64,000 nucleotides of DNA from Piromyces finnis finn (Eukaryota; Fungi; Neocallimastigomycota), in the NCBI GenBank assembly GCA_002104945.1, contig MCFH01000054.1, positions 321,863 through 385,862 of the forward strand, given 5' to 3'. Shown here one piece after another: positions 10,567 to 30,674 of the stretch. A program made the position numbers and the translations under genes. Numbering within the stretch: position 1 is the first letter of the stretch; every line of letters begins with the position of its first letter. The notes beneath the pieces were generated by a model. The model was given only the letters and a program-made list of their open reading frames with translations, was not told where the DNA came from and ran no database searches.

Positions 10567-13500
10567 TTATTCAATTTCTAACTTCAATCTAATCTTCATT
10601 GAAAGTAATTCAGTACATAAGTATCTGAATACATATGGAACAGAAATTAAATCTATGTGTTTATGAGTATTACATGTACCACAAATAACACTTTCTCTCT
10701 TGGATGGAATAACAGTAGTATTTGGAACAGCCATTGGTGATAATATAGAACCACACTTCTTACATACGTAAGCCTAAAAAATAAAAAATGAAAAAAAAAA
10801 AAATACATATTAATAAATATTTTTAATTAATTTTCTTGTAAAAAAATTCATTCATTCTATTTAATTGTAAATTACTTGTGAGTAATCAGAACAATTCATC
10901 AATCTGTCTTGAAGTGTGAAGGAAACACCGTGAGCTAATAATGAATCTCTTTCCATTTCACCGAAACGGATACCACCAGCTCTCTTTCTACCCTTAACTG
11001 GTTGTTGAGTTAAGTTGTGAACTGGACCAGTAGTACGTACTTGGTACTTATCTGAAACCATGTGACGAAGACGTTGGTAGTAAACAACCTATTCAAAATA
11101 AAACATTCAACATTTATATAGAAACTATTAACATACACACTCTAATTTGATAATAATATCCAAAAACCAAAAAAAAAAATATTATTTAAAAATACTTACA
11201 CCAAGATAAATATCAGCCTTGAATTCCTTACCAGTAATACCACTGTACATTGGTTCATTACCATAATAGTTGTAACCAGCTGCTCTTAATTGTTCACCGA
11301 AGTAATCAACAGCAGTTTGGTGGTCTTCAGAGAATTGGAATGGAGTAGAATCTTGAGCAATACCATGAAGGGCACCACTCTTACCAGCAATACTTTCGAC
11401 AAACATACCGATAGTCATACGAGATGGGAAAGCGTGTGGGTTAATAATAACATCTGGAACAATACCAGATTCAGAGAATGGCATATCAATCATTGGCCAC
11501 TTTAAGGAACAAACACCCTTTTGACCGTGTCTGGAAGAGAACTTATCACCAATAATTGGTCTACGAGTAATTCTAATCTTAATTTGTGCCTTTTGGAAAC
11601 CGCGGTTGTTTGATTCATCACCTAAAGCACGAACTTCTTGAACAAAACCATCTTCAATTTCCTTGTACTTGACAATCTTAGTTTGACCAGAAGTTTCATC
11701 ATAGTAAGAGTATAAAGCACATCCAGTGGTAAGCTTAGCACCGATGATTGGTAAACCATCTTGATCTAAGGTTTGCTTAGCCTTTTCGATTTCTTCCATG
11801 TTACGTAAATTACTGGTAGATTGTTGGAATTTGAAGTAGCAAGCATTTGGTTCACCCTTTGGGCACTTTTCAGTTAAATCAATGAAATGACTCTTGTAAA
11901 TAATACCGTGACCAAAACCACGTTCTTCAGAAGACTTATTTAAGATCATAGCATCTTCCATATCGTAACCAGTGTAGGAAATGACAGCAACGACAGCATT
12001 CATACCATTTGGATAGTAATCTAACTTGTATTTATCATGCATCTTTGGTCTAACAATTGGAGTTTGACCAGTTTGTAAACGATACATCTTGTTATCAGTT
12101 CTACTTGGAAGATTGTGTGCTGGAGTACCCATAGTTTGTTTACCCATCTGGCATTGGTAAAGATTTCTTGGAGATTGGTTAAAGTCAGAGAATGGAGTCA
12201 TGTTAGCAATAACACTAAGAATATCTGTTGGAGAGAAATCTTGATGGGTGGTAACACCTGGAACAATATCTTCATTCAAACATGCAATTTCCATATAAAC
12301 TTGTTCTAAACTACCAACCATATCTTTCTTTCCATTAGCTAAATACTTAACTGGACGCATCATTCTGGACATTGTAGTGAAAATGAAAAGACCTGGATAT
12401 TGACCACCACGAGATGGTGGAATGAAAGCAAGTTCAGTATCTAATGGAATACCATGGGTACCATTGACCTTCCAGAAACGAAGAGTATCAGCAACTTCCT
12501 TAGCCTTTTTGGCACTACACCAACCAACAACCTTACCATCGATCATAACCATAATAGTTTGTTCCATTAAATCGTCATCAGTCTTATCTTCATCAGAAAG
12601 GGTAATTTGTTTGTCAGTAATAATTGGGTTAAGATAGATTGGAGAAACACCAAGACTAATAATAAGTTTTGGTAATTTAGAGACATCATTTTCAGTTGTA
12701 ATAATTTTACAAGTATGACTAAGGTGATTTAAAAGACCACATGGACCACCATCTGGAGTGTGTACTGGACAAAGGAAACCCCAAGCTTCTGGAAGTAACT
12801 TTCTTACAGAAGTAGTCTTTAATTCGGCAAAGAAAGAACCACGATGGATAGATCTAAAGTGAGAAAGGTATCTGTAGTAATTTAATTTTTCTGCAACGAC
12901 AGTATAACCAGAAACTTGTTGTAAATCCAAACCAGTATTAGTAATTAAATTACCAGTAGCAAGGAAAAATTCCATCTTACGACCAACATCCATATTAACC
13001 TTTGAAGTAACCTTTTGAATATACTTAAGGTTAAAGAAATCGACGGAAGCAAGACCACGACGGATATCTTGATTAATTTGACCCTTAATAGCAGAAAGAA
13101 TATCGACTAATTTTTCTTTAATATGAGCTAAGTAAAGGAAACCACCTAAAAGAACTTCTTGGTTCATTGGAGAATCTGGATTATCTGGAACACATTTACC
13201 AGCAACAAGAGCATATAATTTTTGAAGCATGTAAATTAAAATGTTGAATTTTTCTCTGTCATCATCAAGGTGAACAAGAATAACTCTCTTAAGGAATTCC
13301 TTACCAACTTCAAGAGCATTCATATCATCTGGAGAATCCATCATAACATGGAACTTAGTTCCAAGGTAAGCAAGGCATTGTTCACGGTTGAATAAGTTGA
13401 ATTTCTTGAAATCTCTTAAAAGTAATTCCATACGGTCAGTAACAAATGTATCTTGAACTTCACGATCACTGTTTCCCATAATAACTCTTTCGAAAATTTC

Positions 13501-14726
13501 CTTATCACTGCATTCAACTAAGGACTTTAAAATTAACATTAAAGGAACCATATATTCTTGCTTACGGTAAATGAAACGTAAAGTAACATTACCATCAGTA
13601 CAGTAATGAATAGTAATAGTTTGGGAAGTTTGATCTGGTCTAGCACAACGAATTGATACACCAAAGTGAGTGTAAGTTGGACCACGATTTTGGAAACTGG
13701 AACGAATTAAAGCAATTGGGTTGTTTCTACGTGGAATAATTAAAAGACGAATTAAACGTTCAATACCATTAATAACGAAATAACCACCAAATTCTTCTGA
13801 ATCTTCACTCTTTTTAATTAATTCAGCTGAAGATAAACCGTATAAATTACATTTTGAAGACTAATATTATTGTTGTTTACATCAAATAAAAAAAAAGCAA
13901 TCACATGTTATTTATTATTAAAAATGATATTATAATAAATTTTTTATTATATATCAAATATAAAAAAAGAAATTAAATTAATTTTTATGTTTTTTTAAAA
14001 TGATATAAAAATTTTCGAATATTAAAAACCATTTTTTAAAAAAAAAGCATATTTATATTTATTTTGGCATATTTATACTTACTCTAACCATAATTGGAAG
14101 GTAACCTAAGTTTTTAATTTCACTATTTTCTGGACCATCATTAACAGTCCAACATAATTTAGCTTGCATCTTTGATTTGTAAGTGACACCTCTTTCACGA
14201 CATTCATATGGATATAATAATTTGGAATGACCGTCACACATGATTGAAGGTTTACCAACATTAACTTCTTCTATCCAAACTATTATTTCAAAAAGTTATT
14301 AATTCATTGAAAAATATATATGAAAAGAAATTATATTAATATCATAAATTAAATTTTATTTATTAATATATTATAAATATTTTAGTTTTTAATAGTTATT
14401 AACATCCCAGTGTAATACTTAGAAAATAAAAATATATTAAAAAAAATATAGATTTAAAATATTTTTGTCTTTTTATAATTACATTTTAATTTATTTCCTT
14501 TGGATCCTTCAGAATCCTTTCCATCAAAAATAACAAATGGACTAATATCTTCAACTGCACGATCTAATAAACCCTTTCCATCAGTGCTTCCTTCAACATG
14601 AAAAATTGCGTTAAAACTTTCAACATGTGGTTCTGATAATTTTTGTAATTCTGGAGCATTACATCCAGTTTTAGAAGGAAATTTGAATTCCTTTTCTCTT
14701 TCTAATGTATGAAATGTTGATGGCAT
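10567..14726 (-). CDS. RPA2: DNA-directed RNA polymerase I second-largest subunit (RPA2/RPA135), 5 exons
   Basis: Exons 14726-14483, ~14279-14086, 13860-11200, ~11088-10869 and ~10772-10567. Motifs: [114 protein letters not shown], and a C-terminal zinc ribbon (CKKCG...CGTC). [10 protein letters not shown] and [11 protein letters not shown] are Pol I-type variants. Confidence 0.96.
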
Positions 14727-16601
14727 TTTTATCTCTTTTAAATGATAATAAATAAATTATATAATATGTTGATAATAAATTAATTTGTTTTTAAACTGAA
14801 TTAGATTAAAATTATATGAAATTTGAATCTTGAAAAATTCCAAATTTTATAAAACTGAATAAAAAAAAATAAATATATATATAATTATTGAAGTGCTAAA
14901 ATATTTAAATAAAGATGGTATGTTTTCTAATAATAAATATATTTTTTAAAAAAGTAAAAAGTGTCAATTTGCTTTTTATTTCTTAATGTTTTATTATTAG
15001 CATTTCAATAATTTTTGACTTTAAAATTAAAAAAAAAAAAAAAAAAAAAAAATTAAAAATCATAATTATAAAAAAAAAAAATATATGAAAATATATTGAA
15101 TATATTATAATATATGTAACTATATAATTTTTTAATATAAATATAGATTTTTATTATTGTTTATATATATTGAATTTTACTAATATTTTTCATTATTTCA
15201 AAAAAAAATATTTATACAAAAAGTTTTATATTCAAATCTGATTGGTTAATCTTTTTAAAATTTTTTTAAAATAAATAATATTTAAAAAAAGAATTTAAAT
15301 ACATTATACATTAAATTATTGATTAACGTATTAAATTAATGTAATTAAGATTATAAAAGATTAATCTAATCTTTTTAAATTATAAAAAAAAGATAGGTTT
15401 CAGAAGAATGTATATAATCTATTCAACAAAGTATCTATATATATTGATTTTTAGATATCAAATAAAGCAAAGTGAAATGAAATGAAATGAAATGAAACAG
15501 CAATTTGATACTTTTTTTTTATTATATCTTTTTTTTCTTTAATTTATTGTTGGTATATAAAGTTATTAAATAGTATATTTTTGCGATATTAATAGTTATA
15601 GACATTATGGTAATAGGTTTTTTTTATTAGAGATAAAATATTTCTTTATTTGATATTGTAAAATCCTATTTAATTATTATAACCATTTATTTATACATTT
15701 CCTCTTTTTTTTCTTTTTTTTTTTTTATAATCTTCATCATAAGAAATGAAATAAATAGTATAAAAAGCAAATTATTATATAAATTTATTATTAATGCTTT
15801 AATTTCTTTATGCTCTTTCAAAATAAAAAAAATTAATAGCTTTGTCTAATTTATAAACTGTTTTAATATAATTTATGTTTAAAAAGATTTATATTATATA
15901 ATGGCAACTTTAGTTTTTAATAATAAATAATGAATGAAACATAATTTATATATCTAATAAAATTATAAACTTTTCTGAATAAAACATTGATTTTTCAAGA
16001 AAAATATTAATAAAAAGCTTTTTTCTTTTTTTTTTTTTTTGTTTTATTTTTTTTATTTTATTAATGATTTAAGCAAGTATATTTTATGTATTTTTATTTT
16101 GCTTTATAACTTATTATTATATTGATATTTATATCAGATTTCTGTTTTTTAACATGAAAAATGGATATACATTTATTATTACTATAATTCTTAATTAGAG
16201 TAATTATAATAAATAATTATATCGATTCATTTATATTATTCATCTAAAAAAGAATTTATTAAATGTTTAATCTTTATTAGAAATAAATAATAACATATTA
16301 ATATGTATAATTAAATATGTATATAAATATACATTTACTCTATCTTTTTTTTTTTTTTTTTTTTTTAATTAAATCTAATGGTTTTAATAAATAAATAAAT
16401 AAATAATTTAATTTTTTGTTAGTGTTTATTTTGTTTTAGAGGATAAAAATTAAATTAGGTGATGAGAATATAAAACTAAATTTTATATTTATCTTAAATA
16501 TGTATGTATTATTCATTGCTGTTATATATTATTATTGTTATTATTTTATTTTATAATTATTTTTTTTTTAAGAAAAATCTTTGTTTTTGATTGTTAGTAA
16601 A

Positions 16602-20660
<4,059 letters not shown>

Positions 20661-22095
20661 TTTGGAATTTCAAAATAGTTTGTTATGGTTATTGTTCTAT
20701 TTTTTATTCTTTTATTGCTATTTTTACTAGTTTTACTAAATTGAATTGAGTTTATAAAATATTAATGAAATTTAAATTCCATAATAAAAAAAAAGTATAC
20801 CATTTAAAAATATATATATTTAATTTTGATAATTTATCATTTTAAAAGTATATTCAGTATATAATTATATTGTTTTTTTTATTTATTATGTTTTATTCTT
20901 ACCTTTTAAAAAGGTTTTTAATTTTATTAATTTCTAAGTTAAAATGTTGCTATCTTTCTCTTTTATTTTATTTTATTTAAAAAAAAAAAAAAAAAAAAGA
21001 AAATTTAAATTTTAATTTTAAAATTAAAAATAATATTAAATTTTTAATATTATTTTTAAAATTTTAAATTTAAATTGTTTTTTTTAAAAAAAAAATAAAA
21101 AAAAAAAAATCATTAAAAATGTAAAAGAATTCATTTTTTATATTAAACTTTTCATATTTCAAATTCACATTTTTATAATGAATATTTTATAAAAAGAAAT
21201 AAAGTATAAATAAAAAAAAAGCAAAAAGGAATAAGAATAGAATATTAATTAATTCTTTCTTTTCAAAAAAGTGCTCTTTATTGTTGGCTTTAATTAATTT
21301 TTTAATATAAAATAAAAATATTAAAAATAAATTTTAATTTATTAATAATAAAGTTTATTTTTGAATTAATATAAAAAATTAATATAAAATTTTTATGGTA
21401 GGACAAGATTTAATATACCTATAACAATGTTCCCTTTTTAAAACAGAAAAAACATACTTTTTGAACGTGTTCACTCTCTTCAATTTATCATTAAAAAATC
21501 AGAAAAACATACCTATAGAAATGCTTGCTTTTTTTTTACTTTTTAGAAATTAGAAAATTAACAGTACTTGTAATAGTATAATTGAAACAATAAAAATTAT
21601 TAATAGCACCAATCATTTAATTCAGTTAATTATAGATGATATAGGTATTTTTTCTTTTTCTTTTTTTTTTTTTATTATTTAATCAATATCTATATCATAT
21701 TATGTATGTAATTTAATTTCATATTAAAAATATTTATTACTTATGAAAAGAAAACATTAAAATGACGTATTTATATTCGTGTGTAATCCAAAAAATATCA
21801 AGATACATTTTAAAAAAAAAAGAAAAATAAAAAAAATTTTCATTATTAACAATTATACACCACTATATTTTTCCAAAATTTACAACAAAATGATCTTTGA
21901 AGCATTTCATTATTATATTTAGTGACATTTTATATCAATTTGTGGCCATGTTCCACTAGACACATCACATTGTAGCACATATTAAATTTATATTAAATTA
22001 CTTTTTTATTATGTTTAAAGATAATCTAATAAACTTATTATTACATAGATTCTATTCTTTTTATTTAATTATAATAGTAATATAAGTATATATAA

Positions 22096-23740
<1,645 letters not shown>

Positions 23741-23965
23741 CTTTAAATTTAAAATTTTATATTTAATTAAAAAAATGTTTATTTAAATATTTCCAAAAAA
23801 CACAATTTAATTTAAAAAAAAACTTAATTTTTAATAATTTAATAAAAGTTAATATGTTTTTTTTTTTAATATTATTAAATTTTATTATAAATATTGTTAT
23901 TTATTTTATATATAAAATAAAAATAGCCTTTTTTTTAATCATAGTCAAGATTTTTTAATATTTTT

Positions 23966-26900
23966 TCAATTTTCCTCATTTTCAAAGTATTCATCATATT
24001 CTATATTACTATCATTATCATCATAATCATCATTTATATCATCGTCATCATCATCATCGTCATCATCATCATCTGTAGTGTCGGGGTCGGTAAGAGAATC
24101 TGAATTTTCAATATCTGAGTAAGAATTGAAATCGTAATTATTATTGTCATGAATTAAATTCAATATAGAAGTTGAATTAATGTCATAGTGTTCTTCATTA
24201 AAGTTAAGTTTAATAAGACTATTTTGACTATCATTAAGTTCTTGTTTGTCAGTGGTAGAAGAATTAACTCTATTTAAAATTTCATTTTCAATCTCACCAT
24301 AAGATTTCTCCTTTTCTTCTTGTTCTTTGATATTATTTTGTTTTTCTTGTTCTTTGGCCATTTCCTCTTCCTTTTTCTTTTCGTTTCTTTTAGTGATAAT
24401 TTCTTCAGCTTTGTCGAAGAACATTTTTATTTGTCCTTTAGATTTTAATTTATCATTCTTCTTAATATCTTTAATATATTTTTTCTTTTCTTTGGATTGC
24501 ATTTTTTGGAAGGACTTAATTTGTCCGATAAACTTATTAGACGGTATTTCTTTAGTTAATAAGGTAATGGTTTCTGGATCCATCATAGCCATCTTGGAAT
24601 CTAAACCATTTTTTAAATATGGATTAAAAGTAGATGATATTGGATTAATGAATAGTGGATAAATATTAGGTAGATCAATTTTTTCTCTGATAGCGTTTTC
24701 AAAATCTGTTTTTGGACCTGAAATATATTCATCGGATTCTATGACATTATAAAAAATCTCGGGTGCATTTTTAATTTTATTTATTGACTTAATAGAATAT
24801 GGAATACTAGTATATTTAAACACTTCAGTAGTTTTAACATTACTCTTATTTTCTGTGTTCTCAGATGATAGATCTTTCATTTTATGTGAAAGCTTGTCTT
24901 CATTAATTTCTTTCATGCGAAAATCAACAAATTTTAAAATTTCCTATTCATATATATATATAAAGGAGTTTTAGTTAATATTCGTTTTTTGAAGGGTATA
25001 TTTATTAAATTGGAATTATTTGATTTTTTTGAAAAAACAACATCAATGATAATAACATTTAAATATTTTATGTTGAAATAAAGTATTAAATATTTACATA
25101 GAAATTATTAGTTCCTTTTATTTTTTCAGATATAATATTTCTTTCAATATGGATTAATAAAGATAGTAATAATTTTAAAATATTTTGAAGCGATTCTTCA
25201 ATTAATCTTTAATAGAATTAAAATTTATATGTTAGCATATAAGTTTATATAATCTATATAATTATTTTATATTATTTAAATATCAAGAAATCAAGAAAAA
25301 ATAATATTGATTTACAAAGTAGATAAAAATTTAGAATATATGGCTTCATATGTAAATATAATTGAACCTTTATATTTCTTTGTATATAATATAAATATAA
25401 ATACCAATAATAAATATATTATACTATTTTATTTATATTAATTTTTTGATAAACTATTTATACTTCTGATGAGTAAGTTAATCCTTCTCCCTGACATAAA
25501 ACAGTCAAAGCATCAATATTATAGAAAGATAAATTTGAGTGATATATTTTATTTGAATAGAATCCGATCCGATTTTCTATATGACTTTTACCATATTTTC
25601 CATTCATTTCTTCATTAATTACACGATTCTTTTTTATTTTTAAGGAAAAAAAAATTAAGATAATTTTAAATGGAAATAAATTATTTTTTTATTAGTTAAA
25701 AAGAATCAATTCTGATATTTTAACAAATTCTATTTAAGTTTACCATATTAAAGTTTTTAATCTGAGATATATATTTATATTCTCTTTTTTTTCTAACATT
25801 GAGATCAACAGTTAGTTTTCCAGTTTTTTGATTAAACTCAACACCACTCGACAAATAAAAAAGTTTACAATTATCCAAAGATTGAATATATCCCGGTTTT
25901 ACTCCAGAAACCCAAAACATATTATACTACATATAAAATACACAATTTATTAGTAATTATATTTATTATTATTGTTACATATTATTTATTTGTATAAATA
26001 TCTACTTTTTTTTTATTCTTCCATATAATAAAATCAATAGTGAGATGTCCAATAATACCATAATTATAACAAATATTTCCTATTTTTATTGTATAATCAT
26101 AAATATTGTTGTATGAAACAACATTTTGTGGGAATATACTTCCAAAATATTCAAATGGTTTAAGATAGATCTTTACAATATAAATGTAATTAAAAAGTTA
26201 TTAGAAATAATTAAATATTATACATTATATTATTACTTTTTTTTTAATTACTTGCTCTTGAGATCCAATAATACTAATATTTCCATCTGGTTCAATATAC
26301 AAGTGTGATAAAACTGTTTTAATTTCATTAAAATCAACCGGGGGTATTGCTTCAATAACTCCACCATATTTCAGAAAATCTAATCGATATTCAACCCAAT
26401 TTGGATAAACTGTTTTGTTAACAATATTTACTTTCTTCATAATTTCTTCTCTGAAAGGTTCAATAAATTGCTTTAGTTCCTCATCTGTATTATTACTATT
26501 ATATTCAAGTAAATTATCTATAAAAGTGTAATCATTTATATCTATTTCCAAATAAAAATATCTTTAATATTTTCATTAAACATATTTCTTTTAATATATT
26601 TTTGATAAATACTTATATATGCTATTCCTATAGCATCAATAGTAGAATTTATTTTAAATACCCATCTTTCATATTGTTTATATGTAATGATTAATCTAAT
26701 TAATGAAACATAAAAATTTTCGTATTCATGAGGACATTCTACTCCTAATATAAATTATGTATCAGTATTGCTTAACGATATTATTTTTAAATGATCAATT
26801 AAAATAATTCATTCATTGAGATAGTTACCTGGAGGTATGGCAAGCTTATTAGTTTTTAGTATTTCTCTTGCTCCTATTTTAGTAAATAGATATTTGAATT

Positions 26901-29900
26901 TTTCAACTTGTGGAGCTAGAATAGGAATATTTAAATACTAACATTTTTTTATTCATATCAATAAAAATCAATTATTACAGTAAATATACTTTTATTTTCA
27001 TATTATAATAAAAATTTTACATATAAATTTAAAACTTACATAACTAAGTTCCATATCTAATTTTCCAATAATACCTGGAATAATATATGTATATGTATTT
27101 TCATCAATTAAACTTCTAATACTTTTATGGGTACTAGGATCATATAAAATCATGGATGTTAACGAGGAAGAAGAATTGATTTTTTCTGCCATTTTTGCAT
27201 AAACAATTTTAAGGCGTTCATTTTTATATATACTCACACCAAATCTTCTTTCTATAATATTTCCATTAGAATTATAAAATAACCATGATTAAAATATTAT
27301 TTAATATTTTAAAAAATATATATACATATATATATATTTTTTATTGTAATAATTACCAAAAATATGATTTATTTCATTCATTATATCAATATTATATTCA
27401 ATATTATATGGCATTACAATTATTAAATTAACTAGTGGGTCTTTAAAATCTAATAGTCTTAAAAAGTGAAATGAAAATGTGTATTGTAATATAATATATA
27501 GTAATTTAAAAAATATATTAACAACAAAAGGTATATAACAAATTAATGAAAAAACATATAATTATACTTTTATATGCATTAAAATGTATTTTTAATTTTT
27601 ATTTTAATTTAAAATATTAAGAATAATTGTACCTTCCAAATTGAAAAGTTTGTAAATATTTCACAAAATCAATAGATTTTCGTATTCTTCTTGAAATTGA
27701 TGGAATGTGTATAATCGTCCTTTTTTTAATTTTGTAAAAGAGTATAAAAGAGGTTATGAATATTATATATTAGCAAAAACTGTAATTTTTATTATTATAA
27801 ATCAAAAACCTTTTTCCTTCTTTTATTCTATGCCATTTTGAATAAAATTCTATATTTTTTTCATACACATCTTTTCTATGTGTTATATATTTATTCTATT
27901 TATATTTTATTCCAATATATTTTAATTATTAATATTATATAATTAACCATTATATATATGTATATATATATAAAATATATACTTTAATCATATCATTGAT
28001 AACACGTTGCTTTAAAACTCGATTATAAAAACAAGCAATAACATAACTAGCTTTATGATCAATAACTGCTTTCTTATATTTATTTCTGTAAAACAAAGAA
28101 ATTCATTATTTAAATTATTAGTAAAATATTTATATAAAAATTATTAATTTTATTTTTTTTTACCTTTGTAAAAATGTTTTCCATGTATTTTGAACCTTTC
28201 TAATAACTTTTTCTACAAAGTTAGCGTTATTAAAAAATGTTTTAACGGATTCATTGATATACTTTTCAATCTATATGTATTGAATTTAATGTTTAATTTT
28301 ATTGATATAGATATTTTATATTATATGTTAGTAATGTTAGTATTTTATTTTTTTATAATATATAATTATAATAATGCTTAAAAATTTATATCTACCTTTT
28401 CTCTATAAATAAAACAATCATATATATCCTCAATGGTAGGTTTATCAAAAAAGTCTCTTGATGCAATCATTTCAAGTTTTTCACAACTAATTTCAGCAAA
28501 CATAACTACACATTGATATAAAATAATATAGTTTTATATAAATAATTAATACATTAATTTTTTTATGAATTATATATATATATTTATAATAAAAATTTAA
28601 TTTTCATACTCAAATAAATTTGGCAAAAATCTTCTATTTCCTCAAGAATAATTTTAATATCTCCCCAGAGATTATTAATATGCTTCTTTTTAAAATTTTG
28701 GTATATAGGCATGTGTGTGGTGAAGTAACCTCTATCAATATAAATGACTGGCCCATGATTGATATCTACCATATCTTGATAATTTATTTCTATTAAACAA
28801 AAGTGTAATAATGAAAAAGTTATTAATATATAAAGAAAAGCAATATTTAATAAAATTTTATGTCATTATGTATACATACGTTCTGTTGATGGAACGGTAG
28901 ATATTGGTGGTGTTTTAGCATCTTTATATTCATGTCTATTTGCATTCTCTCTTCTTAATTCAATTTCTTTAATTGCTTTTTCTACTTCTTTAATAATTGG
29001 TAACTATAGTATACAAAAATTTAATTATTATTTGATTAAATAAAATGTAATAAATAGTTGAAATAATTATTTTATTTTCTATTTTAATAGATTATAAAAT
29101 TTGATAAATGTAAATTTACATCTGGTTCTTTTATAGGTTTGTTTAGCATCATTTGATTTTCAATTTGATTATTGTAAAATGCATATTTATTTTTATTTAA
29201 TTGATTATAAAATAAATGCATTTTACATTTTTTACTTTTCAAAAAGGCATTTGGGGTATATTGACTAAAAATGGGTGTGTAGTCACCATCATTTGGAAGT
29301 ACTCTATTTTCAATTAAAGGATAAACACCCTTTTTATAAAAAAGAAATATTAATGTTAAAAACCTTTTTTATTTTTGAATGTTCCTCATTTATCAGATCT
29401 ATATATTAATTATGATATTACTTTCTTTTCAATAATATCCTCACTTGACCCAAAACCTTGATAAATATCATTTCGTAGTTTAGAAATCATTAAGCGATGA
29501 TTTTCATAAACTTTTTTTTTAATCTGACCTTTTGTATTATTTTCTGGTTTTGAATTAGTTGATATAGAAGGAGGCTCATTACTTTCATTATTTATTATTG
29601 GCGGTATCTTGAAATTCTTTTTAGTTTTTTTTTATTTTTACAAAGTTATTTATATAAAATAAAATAGCATTAATTTTTGAATGCAAAAAAACCAGAATTT
29701 ATATAATTAATATAAATATTACTTCTCCAAATAGTGATGGTGTAGGTATAGAATCACTAATTTTGTTTTTTTTTGATCCACTAAGAAATTTTATTGCTTT
29801 TATTTTAATAATAGGAATATAAAAAAAAGAAAACAATTATATTTATTGTTAATATTAAATTGATTAAATTTAAGATAGTAAAACTAATTCACCTTCATCT

Positions 29901-30200
29901 GTTCTTAAGTTTGTATATTGAATTGTCTTTTTTTGATTAATTAAATTTTTAATGTCATTGATTCTTGTTAATAATTTCTAGTATTAAAACATTTTTAAAA
30001 AAAATTAATATTACTATTCTAAATTATATATTATTTAGTAATAATATTAATAAATACTTTCATACTACCATTTTACTATTTTCATTTTTATTTAATTCGG
30101 TTTTTATATCATTTAAATCATTTTTTACAATCTTTTTATTAGGAAAGACATTTGTTGAATTCTTTCCTGTTAAAATAATATTATCTTTTTTTTCATTCAT
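23966..30200 (-). CDS. IQCH: IQCH-like protein (degenerate IQ motif plus ATP-grasp-like region) with a long acidic C-terminal extension, ~20 exons
   Basis: The spliced frame gives WHRIKEGKRTIIHIPS, YLNIPILAPQ..TKIGAREIL..AIPPG, ERWVFKIN, DFLKYGGVIEAIPP..LYIEPDGNISIIGSQEQ, GIIGHLTIDFI, YHSNLS..LCQGEGLTY and KGTNNF. These follow, in order, motifs I recall from human IQCH (WNRIRTSRRTIIHIPS, FLSQGGVIEAFPP..LIEPNGKISVLSTGDQ, RHSNLS, GETNF). Track ORF 23966-24916 is the last exon (acceptor at 24944, EILKFVDFRMKE...). No frameshift found. Confidence 0.8.
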
Positions 30201-30674
30201 ATTGTATATTTCTTTTATTTAAAAAATGGTATAATAAGGGTAGGTTCGATAAAGAATTTCATTTATTATTTAAGGATTTGATTTTTAGTTTTTTAGTTTT
30301 TTTTTTTAAAATTATATTTAATATTTATAAATGCGCACCTTTTTTTTATTCGTCTAAAATTTTTTTAATTTTAAATGCAACTAAAAAACTAATTAAAAAG
30401 AAACAATTTAAAGTTTTAAAAAAAATGTTAAAATAACAACATTAAATTTATTTTTTTTAAAATATAATTAAAAAATTTTATTTTTTATCATTCTTTTTTA
30501 GATATTTTTCTTTATTATTAAGGATTATTGTAATTACTTCTTTAAAAAAAATATTCAAAAATTAGTATTATTTATTCTTAAATTATATACACAATATAAG
30601 GATATTTTATTTTTATATTTTTTTTTTTCAATAACAATAACAATGATAACATTATATATAGATTGTAACTTTTA

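Noticed and set aside
14821-14840. RRPE-like TGAAAAATT upstream of RPA2, and a CCAAT/ATTGG pair upstream of DIS3 (49236-49249), as a ribosome-biogenesis regulon
   Set aside because: Such short AT-rich motifs are expected by chance at this base composition, and no PAC motif was seen.
21900-21985. Slightly GC-richer patch that might be a fourth exon of the orphan gene
   Set aside because: Only short frames are present, and there is no convincing donor/acceptor pairing.
24327-24662. Antisense ORFs over long exons (also 11290-12637, 39187-39507, 51696-59430)
   Set aside because: They are complementary-strand shadows of real coding exons with no independent coding signal.
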